A DNA stretch of 64,000 nt from an uncultured cyanobacterium. GTDB taxonomy: Bacteria; Cyanobacteriota; Cyanobacteriia; Cyanobacteriales; Cyanobacteriaceae. Positions 62,011 to 64,000 of this stretch are shown here, piece by piece; the first letter of the stretch is position 1; every line of letters starts with the position of its first letter. The notes beneath the pieces are model-generated. The model did no database searches, was not told the origin of the DNA, and was given only the letters and a program-made list of their open reading frames with translations. The stretch lies in assembly GCA_963749915.1 (NCBI GenBank), contig CAVVOP010000008.1:768001-832000 (forward strand). Direction: 5' to 3'. Made by a program: the position numbers and the translations under genes.

Positions 62011-62789
62011 AACAATTAGAAAAATCCCTCGAATTTAAGCCGTCAGCTGAAGTGAAATACCTTGATTTTTACTATAGTGGCTTCCATGCCATTAAAAATG
62101 TCAATTTTGATGTCCCCGAAAAGAATGTAACATCTTTAATTGGTCCGTCCGGTTGTGGTAAAACTACCCTACTTCGTTGTTTTAACCGTATGCATGATCT
62201 TTACCCCGGTAATCGTTATCAGGGTGGAATTTTAATGAATGGAATCAATATTTTAGCCAAAGATGTTGACCCCATTGAAGTTAGAATGCGCATTAGCATG
62301 GTGTTTCAAAAACCTAACCCGTTTCCTAAGTCCATTTATGAAAACGTAGCCTATGGTTTACGAGTTAGGGGCGAAAATTCCCGCACTGTACTTGATGAAA
62401 AAATAGAAAATGCTCTGCGTAATGCGGCTTTGTGGGATGAAGTCAAGGATCGCTTGAAAGAATCAGCCTATGATCTGTCTGGTGGTCAACAACAACGTTT
62501 ATGTATTGCCAGAGCGTTAGTTACTGAACCAGAAATTATGTTGTTTGATGAACCGACTTCCGCCCTTGATCCCATTGCCACTGATAGCATTGAAGAATTA
62601 ATGAGTGAGTTAAAACAAAAGGTGACCATTCTTATTGTTACCCATAGTATGCAGCAGGCTGCACGTTTTTCTGACTATACAGCCTTTATGTATCTTGGAG
62701 AATTGATCGAGTTTAATAAAACCGAAATTATTTTTTCCCAACCTGCCGAAAAACGCACTCAAGAATATCTCGGTGGTAAAATCGGTTAA
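62004..62789 (+). CDS. pstB: Phosphate ABC transporter ATP-binding protein PstB
   Basis: [49 protein letters not shown]. Confidence 0.97.
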   Translation: MVEQLEKSLEFKPSAEVKYLDFYYSGFHAIKNVNFDVPEKNVTSLIGPSGCGKTTLLRCFNRMHDLYPGNRYQGGILMNGINILAKDVDPIEVRMRISMVFQKPNPFPKSIYENVAYGLRVRGENSRTVLDEKIENALRNAALWDEVKDRLKESAYDLSGGQQQRLCIARALVTEPEIMLFDEPTSALDPIATDSIEELMSELKQKVTILIVTHSMQQAARFSDYTAFMYLGELIEFNKTEIIFSQPAEKRTQEYLGGKIG

Positions 62790-62957
62790 CCCACCAATAT
62801 TAACCCTCTTTTGTAACTTTCCGTTTTTTCCTATTATTAATAGTTTTCACTACTGTTGAAAATAAAAGAAATAAACATACTACAAGTTATTTTTGTCAAT
62901 TTGAAGGTATTTTTTATGGTTGTTCGACTTTGAGTATGATAAATGATTGGTTGAGGT

Positions 62958-62985
62958 AGGCAAAAGGCAAACGGCAAGAGGCAAA
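62958..62985 (+). repeat. Heptamer tandem repeat (AGGCAAA)x4
   Basis: AGGCAAA AGGCAAA CGGCAAG AGGCAAA. Confidence 0.85.
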
Positions 62986-63004
62986 AGTTAATTTTATTTT
63001 TTTA

Positions 63005-63214
63005 TTTAAAGACTTTAAAGATTTAATAATTTGGCAAAAAGGGATGACAATAGCCGAAAAATGTTTTTTGCTTACCCAAAAATTTCCTAAAGAAGAATTA
63101 TATGGCATGGTTCAACAAATAAGAAGGGCCTCCTCATCGATACCCGCAAATATATCAGAAAGTTATGGCCGAAGATCTCCTGGAGATTATAAGCGTTTTT
63201 TAAACATTGCACAA
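63005..63214 (+). pseudogene. Truncated four-helix-bundle protein (23S rRNA IVP / bAvd-like, TIGR02436 family)
   Basis: FKDFKDLIIWQKGM...FPKEELYGMVQQIRRASSSIPANISESYGR...RFLNIAQ; homology then stops. No ATG upstream of the conserved DL.IWQK segment. Confidence 0.85.
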
Positions 63215-63219
63215 GAAGG

Positions 63220-63300
63220 TTCAGCACAATTTGCTCCAATGCTTGTGCCACTTCTTAAAAATTGTTTTGATAGTAACTTAATTAATCTAGTTATTTTAAC
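63220..63300 (-). pseudogene. Second four-helix-bundle gene remnant on the opposite strand
   Basis: Manual translation VKITRLIKLLSKQFLRSGTSIGANCAE matches the family motif LSKQ(L/F)LRSGTSIGAN..E. Not in the ORF track. Confidence 0.8.
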
Positions 63301-63327
63301 CTATTACCCATTACCTATTACCTATTA
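63300..63327 (-). repeat. Heptamer tandem repeat (TAATAGG)x4
   Basis: Plus strand CCTATTA CCCATTA CCTATTA CCTATTA. Confidence 0.85.
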
Positions 63328-63434
63328 CTAAAAAAAAAGAGACAAAATATTCCCAACCATTTTTTCGCTCACCCAATACTGGGGACTTAGAGGCGTATAA
63401 TTATTCATTGTTCATTATTGGTTGTTGGTTGTTT

Positions 63435-64000
63435 ATGTTTCTTTCCCACTTATTAGCGTTTCTCTTTACCTCTCCTCAACCACCCTCTTTACCTGTAATT
63501 TCATGGCATGAGGCTTCTATTTTTCAGATACCTACTGATCCTGATCCTCAAGTAGAGGTTATCGTAGGTCAATATTTACAAACTCTTGCCCGTCAAGGTT
63601 TACTCACTGATAAACAAGGAATTTGGATCCAGTCGGATTGGGCAATTTTAGCCAATAACCAAGGAAAAATAGCCGCTCCTGCCGCCTCTTTAACAAAAAT
63701 TGCCACTACCATCGCATCTATCGATACATGGGGTTTAAATCATCGTTTTTTAACGACAATCTATGGTACAGGGGAAATTAATAACGGTATTCTTAAAGGA
63801 GATTTAGTGGTGGAATCTGGCGGAGATCCCTTATTTGTGTGGGAGGAAGCGATCGCACTAGGTCAAAAATTACAACAAATAGGCATTGATAAAGTAGAAG
63901 GAAACTTGATCCTTGTGGGTAATTGGCAGATGAATTATGAAGAAAACCCAGTTAAGTCAGGAGAATTATTAAAACAAGCTCTCAATGGGAAAAACTGGTC
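63435..64000 (+). CDS. dacB: D-Ala-D-Ala carboxypeptidase/endopeptidase (peptidase S13, PBP4), 5' part
   Basis: Manual translation MFLSHLLAF...QGIWIQS...PAASLTKIATT (SxxK)...HRFLT...GDLVVESGGDP; open to the window end. Confidence 0.85.
   Translation, partial: MFLSHLLAFLFTSPQPPSLPVISWHEASIFQIPTDPDPQVEVIVGQYLQTLARQGLLTDKQGIWIQSDWAILANNQGKIAAPAASLTKIATTIASIDTWGLNHRFLTTIYGTGEINNGILKGDLVVESGGDPLFVWEEAIALGQKLQQIGIDKVEGNLILVGNWQMNYEENPVKSGELLKQALNGKNW

Larger units (their letters stand above)
759..63856. repeat. HIP1 octamer GCGATCGC, dispersed through the window
   Basis: Examples at 759, 13045, 21168, 31777, 44259, 58529 and 63849, with more copies between. Frequent despite the low GC content, as is typical of cyanobacteria. 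Confidence 0.9.

Noticed and set aside
63044..63331. 95-aa ORF as an intact gene
   Set aside because: It is a chimera of a truncated four-helix-bundle gene, the antisense of a second remnant and repeat DNA.
62958..63331. Diversity-generating retroelement suggested by the Avd-like genes
   Set aside because: No reverse transcriptase and no TR/VR pair with adenine-specific mismatches were seen in the window.

Overview
AT-rich chromosomal window from a unicellular cyanobacterium. It carries psaD, ndhD1, ndhP, ntcA, ycf genes and frequent HIP1 GCGATCGC sites; a Cyanobacterium/Geminocystis-like host is an inference. Most genes are housekeeping: thrB, murD, ftsH, fabI, ntcA, prfC, NAD kinase, nnr, ispH, lipA, and tRNAs Tyr, Thr and Glu. 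There is a Pix/Tax-type phototaxis cluster (two GAF-bearing MCPs plus a 2185-aa multi-Hpt CheA hybrid) and a pho-box-preceded pstSCAB operon flanked by an intact and a decayed S13 carboxypeptidase gene. Three features are missing from the ORF track: a partial ycf52-like gene, the 40-aa ndhP and a partial dacB-like gene. Intergenic DNA holds several MITEs (one with a clear 8-bp target duplication), heptameric tandem repeats and gene remnants. The most notable items are two convergent four-helix-bundle gene remnants each led by heptamer repeats, a DXCIP-type GAF lacking the canonical Cys, a beta-CASP nuclease with a HiPIP-like Cys tail, and an RNase R homolog lacking catalytic residues. No CRISPR array, rRNA or intact transposase was seen. 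All assignments come from motif recognition without database searches.
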